A stretch of 64,000 nt of DNA, from the IMG/VR virus record IMGVR_UViG_3300037104_000911, positions 2,818 through 66,817 of that record. One strand, 5' to 3'. The translations under genes were made by a program, and so were the position numbers. The notes below the pieces were generated by a model. It did no database searches. It saw only the letters and a list, made by a program, of their open reading frames with translations, and had not been told where the DNA came from. This DNA comes from a virus. How positions within the stretch are numbered: position 1 is the stretch's first letter; each line of letters begins with the position of its first letter. Below, piece by piece: positions 56,743 through 64,000 of the stretch.

Positions 56743-57562
56743 ACTCCAATATTTTTTCTTTTATTTTTTGTATATCTCTTAATTCATAATCCCATATTAC
56801 TAATGTATCATAACCTTCTTTTTTAAAATGATCTATTCTTATTTTTTCATCTTCTTCTTTATGCCAATGTTTACCAAACAATTCTATTATCTTTTTTTCG
56901 CTTTCATTTATAAAATCAGGATTTTTTCCATTTATCCATAATTTAAAATCCCCAACAAAAATATACTTTTCTGGAATAATTTCATCTAGTATATTTAAAA
57001 TTATTATCTCTTGTTTGTTTGGAATTTGTATTTTATAATTTTTTATCGAGTTTTTAAATTTTTTAAGAAAGTCTTCATCTTTAAATAATTTAATACGAAT
57101 ACATCGCATCTTTTCTTTTGATTCTTTTGTATGTTTTTTTCCATAAAAAGCTGGTTTTCCATTGTTTACTTCATTGACCCATCTTTTTGTTTTTTCACCT
57201 ATTATTTTTTTACTTTTATCTGAATGGGTTTTTCCAAACATTCCATTATTTTCACCAGTTATATTTATATTACCCTTTAATGATTTTCTTATATTTTCAC
57301 AATGTTCAGGAGATTTTTTATTTCCTCTTGAACCTTTACTTATATTTTCACAATGTTCAGGAGATTTTTTCTTTCCTTTTGATGAGTTGCTCATTTTTTC
57401 TCTAGTTTTTTGTGACTTTGGTCTTGGAATTCCTTTATTTGAATTTCCTATTTTTTCTTTAATTATAGGACACATTGAAAGATTTTTTTCACATCGCCAT
57501 CTTCCATTTTTAAATTGATATTTTCCATCTTTTCCACATCCAAAAGAACATTTTTCAACCAT
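56696..57562 (-). CDS. Homing endonuclease (NUMOD3 repeats plus Vsr/DUF559-like)
   Basis: KKSPEHCENI repeats, FGKTHS, NPDFI..IIELFGKHWH..GYDTLVIW. Confidence 0.8.
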   Translation of the reverse strand: MVEKCSFGCGKDGKYQFKNGRWRCEKNLSMCPIIKEKIGNSNKGIPRPKSQKTREKMSNSSKGKKKSPEHCENISKGSRGNKKSPEHCENIRKSLKGNINITGENNGMFGKTHSDKSKKIIGEKTKRWVNEVNNGKPAFYGKKHTKESKEKMRCIRIKLFKDEDFLKKFKNSIKNYKIQIPNKQEIIILNILDEIIPEKYIFVGDFKLWINGKNPDFINESEKKIIELFGKHWHKEEDEKIRIDHFKKEGYDTLVIWDYELRDIQKIKEKILEFEKNEKIDNISYASG

Positions 57563-57633
57563 GATAAACTCCTTTTTATATTTTGTTCTAATAAATTAAT
57601 GAGTTAGTTTTCTTATTAGACATATGGTTGAAT

Positions 57634-58380
57634 TTAACCTTGACATATTTTTAAACCTTTAGAAAAATTTATTATTTTGTTTACTAATAGATCTTCATCT
57701 TTTAATTCAGATTCCCATATAACCAAACAACGATATCCAACATCTTTAAATGTTTTTATTCTTTCATTTTCATGTTCAATATTAGTTTTTGTATCTATTC
57801 CCTTTTCTTTTCTAAATTCTTCTCCATGCCATCTATCACCAAAAAATTCTATAATTGTTTTATCTTTTTCATTAATAAAATCTGGATTTTTTCCATTTAT
57901 TTTAATTCTATTTTCTGGTTTTCCATTTCCAACATATCTATAATTAAGAGATAAATTTTTTAGTAAATCTATTAAATAATACTCCGGTTTATTTGGTTTT
58001 TGTTTATCTAATTTATCTTGAACCTGCAAATCAATTCTTGCATAAACATCCCAAGTCATTCTTCCAATAGTACAAGCAACTTTTAAAGATATTTCTTTAA
58101 GTTCTGGAGTTGAATTAAAAACTTTTTTATTATTTTCATCTCTAGTTACAATAATCCAATGACTTAAACTAGATTTTTTGATTATGCGATCAAGTTCTTT
58201 TCTTACAGCTTCAGGATCTCTATCTATAATTTCCGAAATTTGAATTTTAGTAATATTTTTAAAAGTTTGAAGACAAAATACTGTTCCTTCATATAACAAT
58301 CCTTCCCATGGTGTGTTCTCTGGTTTCACTATTCCCCTTAATGGATTTTTTCCTTTCATTTTAAACATACACCCTTTCAC
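57634..58380 (-). CDS. Vsr/DUF559-like endonuclease
   Basis: NGKNPDFI..IIEFFGDRWH..GYRCLVIWE. Confidence 0.75.
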   Translation of the reverse strand: MKGCMFKMKGKNPLRGIVKPENTPWEGLLYEGTVFCLQTFKNITKIQISEIIDRDPEAVRKELDRIIKKSSLSHWIIVTRDENNKKVFNSTPELKEISLKVACTIGRMTWDVYARIDLQVQDKLDKQKPNKPEYYLIDLLKNLSLNYRYVGNGKPENRIKINGKNPDFINEKDKTIIEFFGDRWHGEEFRKEKGIDTKTNIEHENERIKTFKDVGYRCLVIWESELKDEDLLVNKIINFSKGLKICQG

Positions 58381-58571
58381 TTTATTTCATCTGTTACTTC
58401 ATAGCATTTCTCTTTTTCATTAAACTTTAATCTTTTTAAATAACCATTCCATGATTTTATCACTTTTACTTTTTGATCTTCTGTTTCCATAATTACATCT
58501 ACATCAAAATAAGATTTAACTCCAAAAATGTTTTTAACGAAAAGTGACTCCATAATGATATGTACTCCTAT

Positions 58572-58814
58572 TTAAAATTTTATACCTTTCTTTTTCCAAC
58601 TCCAAAGAGCATAGACATCAAAGAATAAAATATAAATACTTTGAAGAAGTAAATAATAATAATTATTTAAACAAGAAAAAACTATCCAAAAAATTGTAGC
58701 TATAGATAAAAACCACATTCCTAATCTTCTAGGTTCCCATGAGATCAAAGGAATTCCGATTAAAGTTAAAACAGTTCCACAAATTTCAATTGATTTTAGA
58801 AAATCCATTTGCAT
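58572..58814 (-). CDS. Small membrane protein (PnuC-half-like, tentative)
   Basis: Three hydrophobic helices ending YALWSWKK. Confidence 0.45.
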   Translation of the reverse strand: MQMDFLKSIEICGTVLTLIGIPLISWEPRRLGMWFLSIATIFWIVFSCLNNYYYLLLQSIYILFFDVYALWSWKKKGIKF

Positions 58815-59275
58815 CGACCTTCAAAAAGAAAATACTTGTTTTCAAATTTCCATAAATTTTTTTGACTAGGATAAACTTTTTCTAATAAATGTCTTTTATC
58901 TTTGAAATCAGAAACTTTATGAATATATGGAGCATTCATGTTTATGGAATAGAAAATAACATCAACTCCTTTTCTAGCTAACTCTTCTCCCTTTGCACCA
59001 TATAGTCTATGGTCAGGATGTATTTCTGTAGTAGGGTCTGGAAAAAATAAAGTTTGAAGTGGAGTTAATAAATTTGGAGGAACTTCTTTATTGAAAAGTT
59101 GACCTTTTACTGGAACATATTTATTTAAAGTTAAAGCTTCCTTTTTTCTTTCTTCACTCATATCACAAGTATAGATAATTATTGGATTAATTTTCTTTAC
59201 TAACAACTCATATAACCCTATAATTTCATCATCACAATGAGGAGATACAATCACATATTCATTTTTTTCTTTCAT
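58796..59275 (-). CDS. PIG-L/LmbE family deacetylase
   Basis: SPHCDDE and HPDH metal motifs. Confidence 0.8.
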   Translation of the reverse strand: MKEKNEYVIVSPHCDDEIIGLYELLVKKINPIIIYTCDMSEERKKEALTLNKYVPVKGQLFNKEVPPNLLTPLQTLFFPDPTTEIHPDHRLYGAKGEELARKGVDVIFYSINMNAPYIHKVSDFKDKRHLLEKVYPSQKNLWKFENKYFLFEGRCKWIF

Positions 59276-59286
59276 TTTAATCCCTT

Positions 59287-59907
59287 CTATAATATTTCAT
59301 CAACAAGTCCATATTTTAAACAAACATCTGCTTTCCACCACAAATCATGTTTTAAAACTTCATTCAATTTTCTAGTTGGAACTTTTGTATATTTACTATA
59401 AATATCTTTCATAATTCTCATTAATTGTTCAATATTTCTAATATCATCTTTAACTTCATTATATTTTCCTAAAGCACCAGCAGATAGTTGATGAATCATC
59501 ATAAAAGAATTTCTTTTTATATATCTTCTTTTTCCAACAATTGATAGAAAAGTTGCAGCAGATGCACAATTTCCATCAACGATAGTATTGATTGGTGCTC
59601 TACATTTTAAAATTGTATCCATAGCAGATAACGATGAAACTATTTCTCCACCTGAGCTCATAATATATAAATTTATCGGAGAAATAAAAGATTGATTTCT
59701 TTGAATTTGTTCTTGTATATAATTATTTTCTAAAATTTTTATTTCTTTATTTAAATTTAAAATAGATTTTGAAGTAATATCTGAGTAAAAATAAATATTA
59801 CCTCCAGTAACTATAACCGTAGATTCTTCAAGTTCGGGTTCTGGATCATTACATCTGATTACTTCTTGAATAGAAATAGATTCATTTCCCCAAATTCCTT
59901 TTATCAT
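59287..59907 (-). CDS. ClpP-like serine protease
   Basis: INLYIMSSGG, CASAAT, MIHQL, DLWW..A..YGLVDEI. Confidence 0.85.
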   Translation of the reverse strand: MIKGIWGNESISIQEVIRCNDPEPELEESTVIVTGGNIYFYSDITSKSILNLNKEIKILENNYIQEQIQRNQSFISPINLYIMSSGGEIVSSLSAMDTILKCRAPINTIVDGNCASAATFLSIVGKRRYIKRNSFMMIHQLSAGALGKYNEVKDDIRNIEQLMRIMKDIYSKYTKVPTRKLNEVLKHDLWWKADVCLKYGLVDEIL

Positions 59908-59983
59908 TTATAATAATCCTTTCGCCTTTATATTATGTTCTTTATGATATAAAAATTTGCTATGTATTTATTATTGTCGTAAA

Positions 59984-60018
59984 AAATGGGACTAGACTTA
60001 AAAATCTAGTCCCATTTA
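59984..60018 (-). terminator. Intrinsic terminator
   Basis: AAATGGGACTAGA/TCTAGTCCCATTT followed by a T-tract on the minus strand. Confidence 0.7.
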
Positions 60019-60293
60019 CCCATTGCTTTTCTTTTTTTTATCTCAGTTGATATTTGAATTCTTATTTGTGCAACACAAGGATGTGTTATAACTTTAGCTC
60101 TAAAAACTGATCCTGTGGTATAATTTAATATAATTCTTAAATTATCATTTGAAGTTGTAGAAACAGATCCTAAAAATTTTCTTAGTTGACCACAGCACCA
60201 TTCGGGATCAGATTTCCATTTACCCAAAAGTGATCTTCTGACTTCTTGCCACTCTTTATTTTTAACTAAGTTTTTAATATTTTTTTGCGCCAT
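60006..60293 (-). CDS. Hypothetical protein
   Basis: ORF with SD. Confidence 0.6.
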   Translation of the reverse strand: MAQKNIKNLVKNKEWQEVRRSLLGKWKSDPEWCCGQLRKFLGSVSTTSNDNLRIILNYTTGSVFRAKVITHPCVAQIRIQISTEIKKRKAMGKWD

Positions 60294-60306
60294 TTTTATT
60301 CCTTTT

Positions 60307-60495
60307 TCATTTCACAATTAAACAATCCCCATATGAATTATAGGGATCAAAAGCATATTTACAATATTCATTATCATTACATTCACTACATGTGCATTCT
60401 GTTGGTTCAACAGCTAAGTTAATTAATATTAACCTTTCATCATCAGTCATTTCTCTCATGTTTTTAATTGTCCTATTGTATAGTTTTTTCTCCAT
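60307..60495 (-). CDS. Small Cys-rich protein
   Basis: CxxC..C.YAFDPYN..GDCL. Confidence 0.55.
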   Translation of the reverse strand: MEKKLYNRTIKNMREMTDDERLILINLAVEPTECTCSECNDNEYCKYAFDPYNSYGDCLIVK

Positions 60496-60829
60496 TCTCT
60501 AAATATAAATCAAATGGAGATATATAGTATTTTCCAATTAAATAATCTGCATAATTTACAGATCTCTTTTGAAAATACAATTTTACAAAAGATTCATCTA
60601 TACTTCTATATTCAATGTAATAACAATTCTTTAAACTTAATTTATATTTTTTATCTTCTGGAATATAGAAATTATTGAAGATTAAATCCTTTTTATCAAA
60701 TTCAATATAAGGACCTCTTTCTCCAATCACTATTCTTCTATATCCAGTTATTATTTTAAGGTTTGATTTTGTGTATAAATCAATGATATTTGATGTTAAT
60801 GAAATTAATAATCTAGCTTCATAATTCAT
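60473..60829 (-). CDS. Hypothetical protein
   Basis: RIVIGERGPYIEF; start moved to ATG 60829 because the tracked start overlaps tRNA-Pro. Confidence 0.6.
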   Translation of the reverse strand: MNYEARLLISLTSNIIDLYTKSNLKIITGYRRIVIGERGPYIEFDKKDLIFNNFYIPEDKKYKLSLKNCYYIEYRSIDESFVKLYFQKRSVNYADYLIGKYYISPFDLYLENGEKTIQ

Positions 60830-60841
60830 TATTTCACCCAT

Positions 60842-60912
60842 TCTCCCACCAAGGAGTTGAACCTTGTCCACATGCTCCCGAAACATGGATGCCTCCCATA
60901 CACCAGTGAGAG
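60842..60912 (-). tRNA. tRNA-Pro(CGG), CCA not encoded
   Basis: CTCTCAC/GTGGGAG acceptor; CATGT-TTCGGGA-GCATG; CAAGG-TTCAACT-CCTTG; C1-G72 and A73. Confidence 0.8.
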
Positions 60913-60919
60913 TTATTAT

Positions 60920-61738
60920 TTACCATCCTGTATAAGTTCTTCCTTTATAAAAATTTTCTGGAAGTTCTTCATTGTCTTTCCACTTTTTATTTTCTATTCC
61001 ATTTGTAATCCAAATTTTTCCATATTGACTATTTTTAATTCCACAATGTTTTTGACTTTTTAATAAATCTCTTATTTTTCTTTTTTCATCTCTTTTTAGT
61101 TCTCGTTCTTTTTTGAGTTTATCAGATTTTTCATTATTTTTTGATTTTTGAATTCTTTCAAGTCTTTCGTCTTTTGATACTGAATAGACTTCAATTTTAT
61201 CTATTTTGATATCTTGATTATCATAATTTAAATTATCTTTATTTTCTATTAATTCATATATTTTATTCCATTCTAATTCATTTTCTAATAACATTATAAT
61301 TTTTATATTATTACATTTCATTGCAGATTTTACTTTATATAAATCTTTCTTAACAAGATATTCATTTTTTGGATCTAAATATATATCATGATCTATAAGA
61401 TAAAAATCGGGATAATATTTTCTTTTTACTCCATCTTTATCCAAGTAATAAAAGTATGATGGTCTGAACCACCTTATATTATTTTTATCTAATTCTATAG
61501 CAACTATAAATTCATATGATGATTGTAATGTTATTTCATCACCATTTTTCATTTTGTATAAAATATCATTTCTTCTTCTTTTTATATTATTTTCATTACT
61601 ATTATCTACTGCATATTTTATAATCTTTTCTTTAACAGATGGACATTGAGATACATTATCAGAACAACAATATTTTCCATTTTTAAATTTTTTTATAGCT
61701 CCTCTTCCACACATACTACATAAATATTTTTCTATCAC
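60920..61738 (-). CDS. Homing endonuclease-like protein (TnsA-like PD-(D/E)xK)
   Basis: LQSSYE..LD..YYPDFYL..YLDPKN; WITNG; start moved to GTG 61738. Confidence 0.7.
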   Translation of the reverse strand: MIEKYLCSMCGRGAIKKFKNGKYCCSDNVSQCPSVKEKIIKYAVDNSNENNIKRRRNDILYKMKNGDEITLQSSYEFIVAIELDKNNIRWFRPSYFYYLDKDGVKRKYYPDFYLIDHDIYLDPKNEYLVKKDLYKVKSAMKCNNIKIIMLLENELEWNKIYELIENKDNLNYDNQDIKIDKIEVYSVSKDERLERIQKSKNNEKSDKLKKERELKRDEKRKIRDLLKSQKHCGIKNSQYGKIWITNGIENKKWKDNEELPENFYKGRTYTGW

Positions 61739-61761
61739 TTTTATTGATATCTCCCTATTTT

Positions 61762-61837
61762 TGGCTCCATCGTCAAGAGTCGGACTTGAATTCCCTTCAT
61801 TAACAGTGAAGTGCATTTCCAGTTATGCTACGATGGA
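61762..61837 (-). tRNA. tRNA-Asn(GTT)
   Basis: TCCATCG/CGATGGA; CTTCA-CTGTTAA-TGAAG; G73 and CCA; atypical T-loop TCCGACT. Confidence 0.88.
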
Positions 61838-61873
61838 GAATGGAGGTTATTACAATTAACCTTTAGTCCATAT

Positions 61874-62086
61874 TTAACTCTTTGGCACTCTCTTCTTGGT
61901 GGGCATTGCTTTAAACTGTGCCTGAGTTGCAACGCGAATCTCCTGCCAAATCTTTTTACTTACCTGAGCTTCTTTACGAAGTCTTAGGGCAGAAGCTTTC
62001 TTTCCACCTTCAAACTGTTCTGCTTCCGATTTAGCATTTGTTAAACTACCTTCTAACGCTACAAACAAATCTGATAATACTGACAT
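61874..62086 (-). CDS. Hc1/histone H1-like small nucleoid protein
   Basis: EAEQFEGGKKASALRLRK..Q..K....EIR. Confidence 0.7.
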   Translation of the reverse strand: MSVLSDLFVALEGSLTNAKSEAEQFEGGKKASALRLRKEAQVSKKIWQEIRVATQAQFKAMPTKKRVPKS

Positions 62087-62172
62087 ACTTCCTTACTCCT
62101 TTCTAATTTTGGTTTTATTTGAATGTTTGTTCTTCAAACATTGGGAAACGACTCAAATTATATTAATGGAGT

Positions 62173-62248
62173 TGGCGCCCAATAGAGGATTTGAACCTCT
62201 GTCCAGAGTTTTAGGGACTCCTGCTCAACCAGACTGAGCTAATTGGGC
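62173..62248 (-). tRNA. tRNA with CUA anticodon (amber suppressor candidate)
   Basis: GCCCAAT/ATTGGGC; GCTC/GAGC; GGAGT-CCCTAAA-ACTCT; AGAGG-TTCAAAT-CCTCT; G73 and CCA; C at position 33. Confidence 0.8.
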
Positions 62249-62255
62249 ATTTATT

Positions 62256-62564
62256 TTATTCTAGTAATTTCAACCCATTAAAAATTGTATTTTCTTCACT
62301 TAAAAATATACAAATTGCTGTGAGTTCATTATTCATATCTGGTTCTTTGAACTCAAACCATTCAATATTTTTCTTTTCTAATTTAAAACACCACCATCTT
62401 AATTTTTTTAAATCTTCAACTTCCAAATAAATTAAAGTACGATTATTCCAGGTAGTAGCTGAACTTGAATTTAAACAAAATTCAGCTACTACATGTCCTG
62501 CTTGAACAGCTGGAGAGGAATAAACTAAATCTTTACGCACAAGCACGTATAACTTCTGATTCAT
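62256..62564 (-). CDS. PTH2-like peptidyl-tRNA hydrolase
   Basis: KLYVLVRKDL..AVQAGHVVAEF..W.N.TLIYL..FKEPD..LTAI..LKLL. Confidence 0.7.
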   Translation of the reverse strand: MNQKLYVLVRKDLVYSSPAVQAGHVVAEFCLNSSSATTWNNRTLIYLEVEDLKKLRWWCFKLEKKNIEWFEFKEPDMNNELTAICIFLSEENTIFNGLKLLE

Positions 62565-62835
62565 TATATTCCTTTAGAATTTTTTCTTTAATTTGGTCAA
62601 TGTACTTCTGATTTGGAAGGTTGTTTGATGCAGGTATTTCAATTTCTTCTCTCTTTCTACCTCTAATTTCACAGTAAGCAATATGGTGATGTCTATAATG
62701 ATATTTATTTTTGGTTATGTTACTTTCAATATCCCAAAGAGATAAATTTCCTCTTTTTGGGAGTTTCCTTTTACTTTTTAATTCTCTTATTTCTTCTGCT
62801 AATTCCTTTAGATATTTTTTTGTTTCTTTCAACAT
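62533..62835 (-). CDS. Hypothetical protein overlapping the PTH-like gene
   Basis: YRHHHIAYCEIRGRKREEIE; SD lies inside a hairpin. Confidence 0.7.
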   Translation of the reverse strand: MLKETKKYLKELAEEIRELKSKRKLPKRGNLSLWDIESNITKNKYHYRHHHIAYCEIRGRKREEIEIPASNNLPNQKYIDQIKEKILKEYNESEVIRACA

Positions 62836-62842
62836 GACTTTT

Positions 62843-62938
62843 TCCTCCTATTAGTTTTTATGTTAGACTACCTATTTAAAAAACTAATAAGGTGGAGATC
62901 TTGGAATATTAACCTAAGTCATTTTCGTTTCACCTCCT
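62843..62938 (-). promoter_or_regulatory. Leader uORF (ATG-ACT-TAG...RSPP-Y-TAG, 62922-62884) with an SD-sequestering hairpin
   Basis: AGGAGGTG SD 8 nt before ATG; TATTAGTTTTT/AAAAACTAATA stem extends over the downstream AGGAGG. Confidence 0.65.
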
Positions 62939-62962
62939 ATTTTTTATATTTGTTCTTCAATT

Positions 62963-63238
62963 TTACCAATCTAATCCTTCAGCATGTCTAATTAATTTAT
63001 CAATAGTTTGTTGTCTAATAATTTCTTCACTTGTAGATATCCTTTTACCAGTAAAGATTAAACTATATATATAATCTCTAGTTACTAATTGTATTCCATT
63101 TATTTCTTTACCTGTCTTAATCCATTCAATCTTAGGACCATCAAAATTCTCATGTTTTACAAATTTAAGTTTATGAAATTCAATATCCCCATTGTTTACT
63201 TTATCCCATAATTTCTTAGGTAATAGTTTTCCAATCAT
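62963..63238 (-). CDS. Hypothetical protein
   Basis: AAAGGA SD plus ORF. Confidence 0.6.
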   Translation of the reverse strand: MIGKLLPKKLWDKVNNGDIEFHKLKFVKHENFDGPKIEWIKTGKEINGIQLVTRDYIYSLIFTGKRISTSEEIIRQQTIDKLIRHAEGLDW

Positions 63239-63250
63239 TTTTAATCCTTT

Positions 63251-63559
63251 CTAAATATTACTTATATCTATTTTAGAAGTTGTTTTTATAAAGTCTCTTT
63301 GTTGTTTTGTTAACATACAAACACTATCTAAAATACCAAGTTTCTTTTTTACATCTATTACCATTTTCATTCCTGTTTCTTTTTCTAAAATATCGGTTGG
63401 ATTATAAGCAGCTGTCCAAATCCAATCAATTGCATTTTTACTACGTTTTAATATTTTTGATAATTGGTCTCTATTATAAGAAGTTGGTAATTCCCTCAAA
63501 ATTAAAGTCATATCTTCAACTGTCCACCTTTTTCCTGAATTCTCAAATTTTTCTGCCAT
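63251..63559 (-). CDS. Hypothetical HTH/Myb-like protein
   Basis: GKRWTVED..LSKILKRSKNAI. Confidence 0.55.
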   Translation of the reverse strand: MAEKFENSGKRWTVEDMTLILRELPTSYNRDQLSKILKRSKNAIDWIWTAAYNPTDILEKETGMKMVIDVKKKLGILDSVCMLTKQQRDFIKTTSKIDISNI

Positions 63560-63581
63560 TTTTTATCTCCTTTCTAAATTT

Positions 63582-63989
63582 TTAAATATGTGGTAAAGTA
63601 TTTACAATATGATAAAATTCAGCAACACATTTTTCATGAACCATTAAATCACCATATGCTGAACTACACCACATCTTATCAACATACCAACAAACCATTA
63701 CTCCCTCTGCACACCCTCTTTTAATTGAATTATAATGGTTAACAATTCCATCACTTAGAAATCCACAATAATTTCTAACATCTTGAATATTACCATTCAA
63801 AAATCCATTTTTTTGAGCTTCTTCTGTTAGTTCATATACAACTGTATCTAAATCATTTAAATTTGCATCACAAATTATTCCGATAAAAAGAGGCCAGCCC
63901 AACATTTGATATTTTCGAACAATTAATGGACTCCAATTTTTATCTAATAATCTGGTTGCTGTTTGACTATCATCTCTTGTAAAACCCAT
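63582..63989 (-). CDS. Hypothetical protein
   Basis: 135 aa ORF at the window edge. Confidence 0.55.
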   Translation of the reverse strand: MGFTRDDSQTATRLLDKNWSPLIVRKYQMLGWPLFIGIICDANLNDLDTVVYELTEEAQKNGFLNGNIQDVRNYCGFLSDGIVNHYNSIKRGCAEGVMVCWYVDKMWCSSAYGDLMVHEKCVAEFYHIVNTLPHI

Positions 63990-64000
63990 GTTAGCATTTT

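Noticed and set aside
60830-61837. Tracked N-terminal extensions of ORFs 60473-60886 and 60920-61816
   Set aside because: The extensions run through tRNA genes; downstream starts with SD-like sites fit better.
62173-62248. Reading this tRNA as Arg(CCT)
   Set aside because: Centring CCT in the loop destroys the anticodon stem; only the CTA register pairs.
18-62956. GAAC/GTTC motif as a LexA (SOS) box
   Set aside because: Only oriented half-sites are present, not GAAC-N4-GTTC palindromes.
117-63585. Numerous short antisense or overlapping ORFs in the track (e.g. 117-350, 3418-3609, 6917-7198, 22527-22871, 32120-32506, 43965-44193, 57162-57518)
   Set aside because: They are shadows of longer genes with recognisable motifs, lack an SD and have low-complexity composition.
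1-64000. Genome-wide TAG reassignment (code 15) suggested by the CUA tRNA
   Set aside because: Long genes are intact under code 11, and many end at TAG right before the next gene's SD or start.

Overview
This is a very AT-rich segment of a large T4-like (probably jumbo) tailed bacteriophage. Strong AGGAGG Shine-Dalgarno sites, bS21 and GroES point to a bacterial host. It has three blocks. (1) 1-10.1 kb, minus strand: tail or fibre proteins with long Gly-X-Ser repeats, plus homing-endonuclease-like genes. (2) 10.2-31.2 kb, plus strand: an accessory and counter-defence block. It holds NADAR, two RNA ligases (rtcB is split by a group I intron), PncA/PncB NAD salvage, a vWA/PP2C/kinase triad, PspA/PspC, a deaminase, a macrodomain and a cluster of structured or tRNA-shaped non-coding elements. 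(3) 31.3-64 kb, mostly minus strand: major capsid, prohead protease, an intein-containing portal, helicase, a UDG-PolB fusion, QueE plus a TGT/DpdA-like protein, a glycosyltransferase, a PIG-L deacetylase, ClpP, a PTH-like gene and three tRNAs. Two candidate new systems stand out. (a) An amber-sensing leader (ATG-ACT-TAG-...-RSPP-Y-TAG overlapping an SD-sequestering hairpin) heads an operon that ends in a PTH-like gene and a CUA-anticodon tRNA. (b) An array of small Zn-finger paralogues has variable C-termini that resemble short pieces of the phage's own capsid, portal and fibre proteins, and may act as decoys. All family assignments come from motif recognition by eye; no database searches were run.
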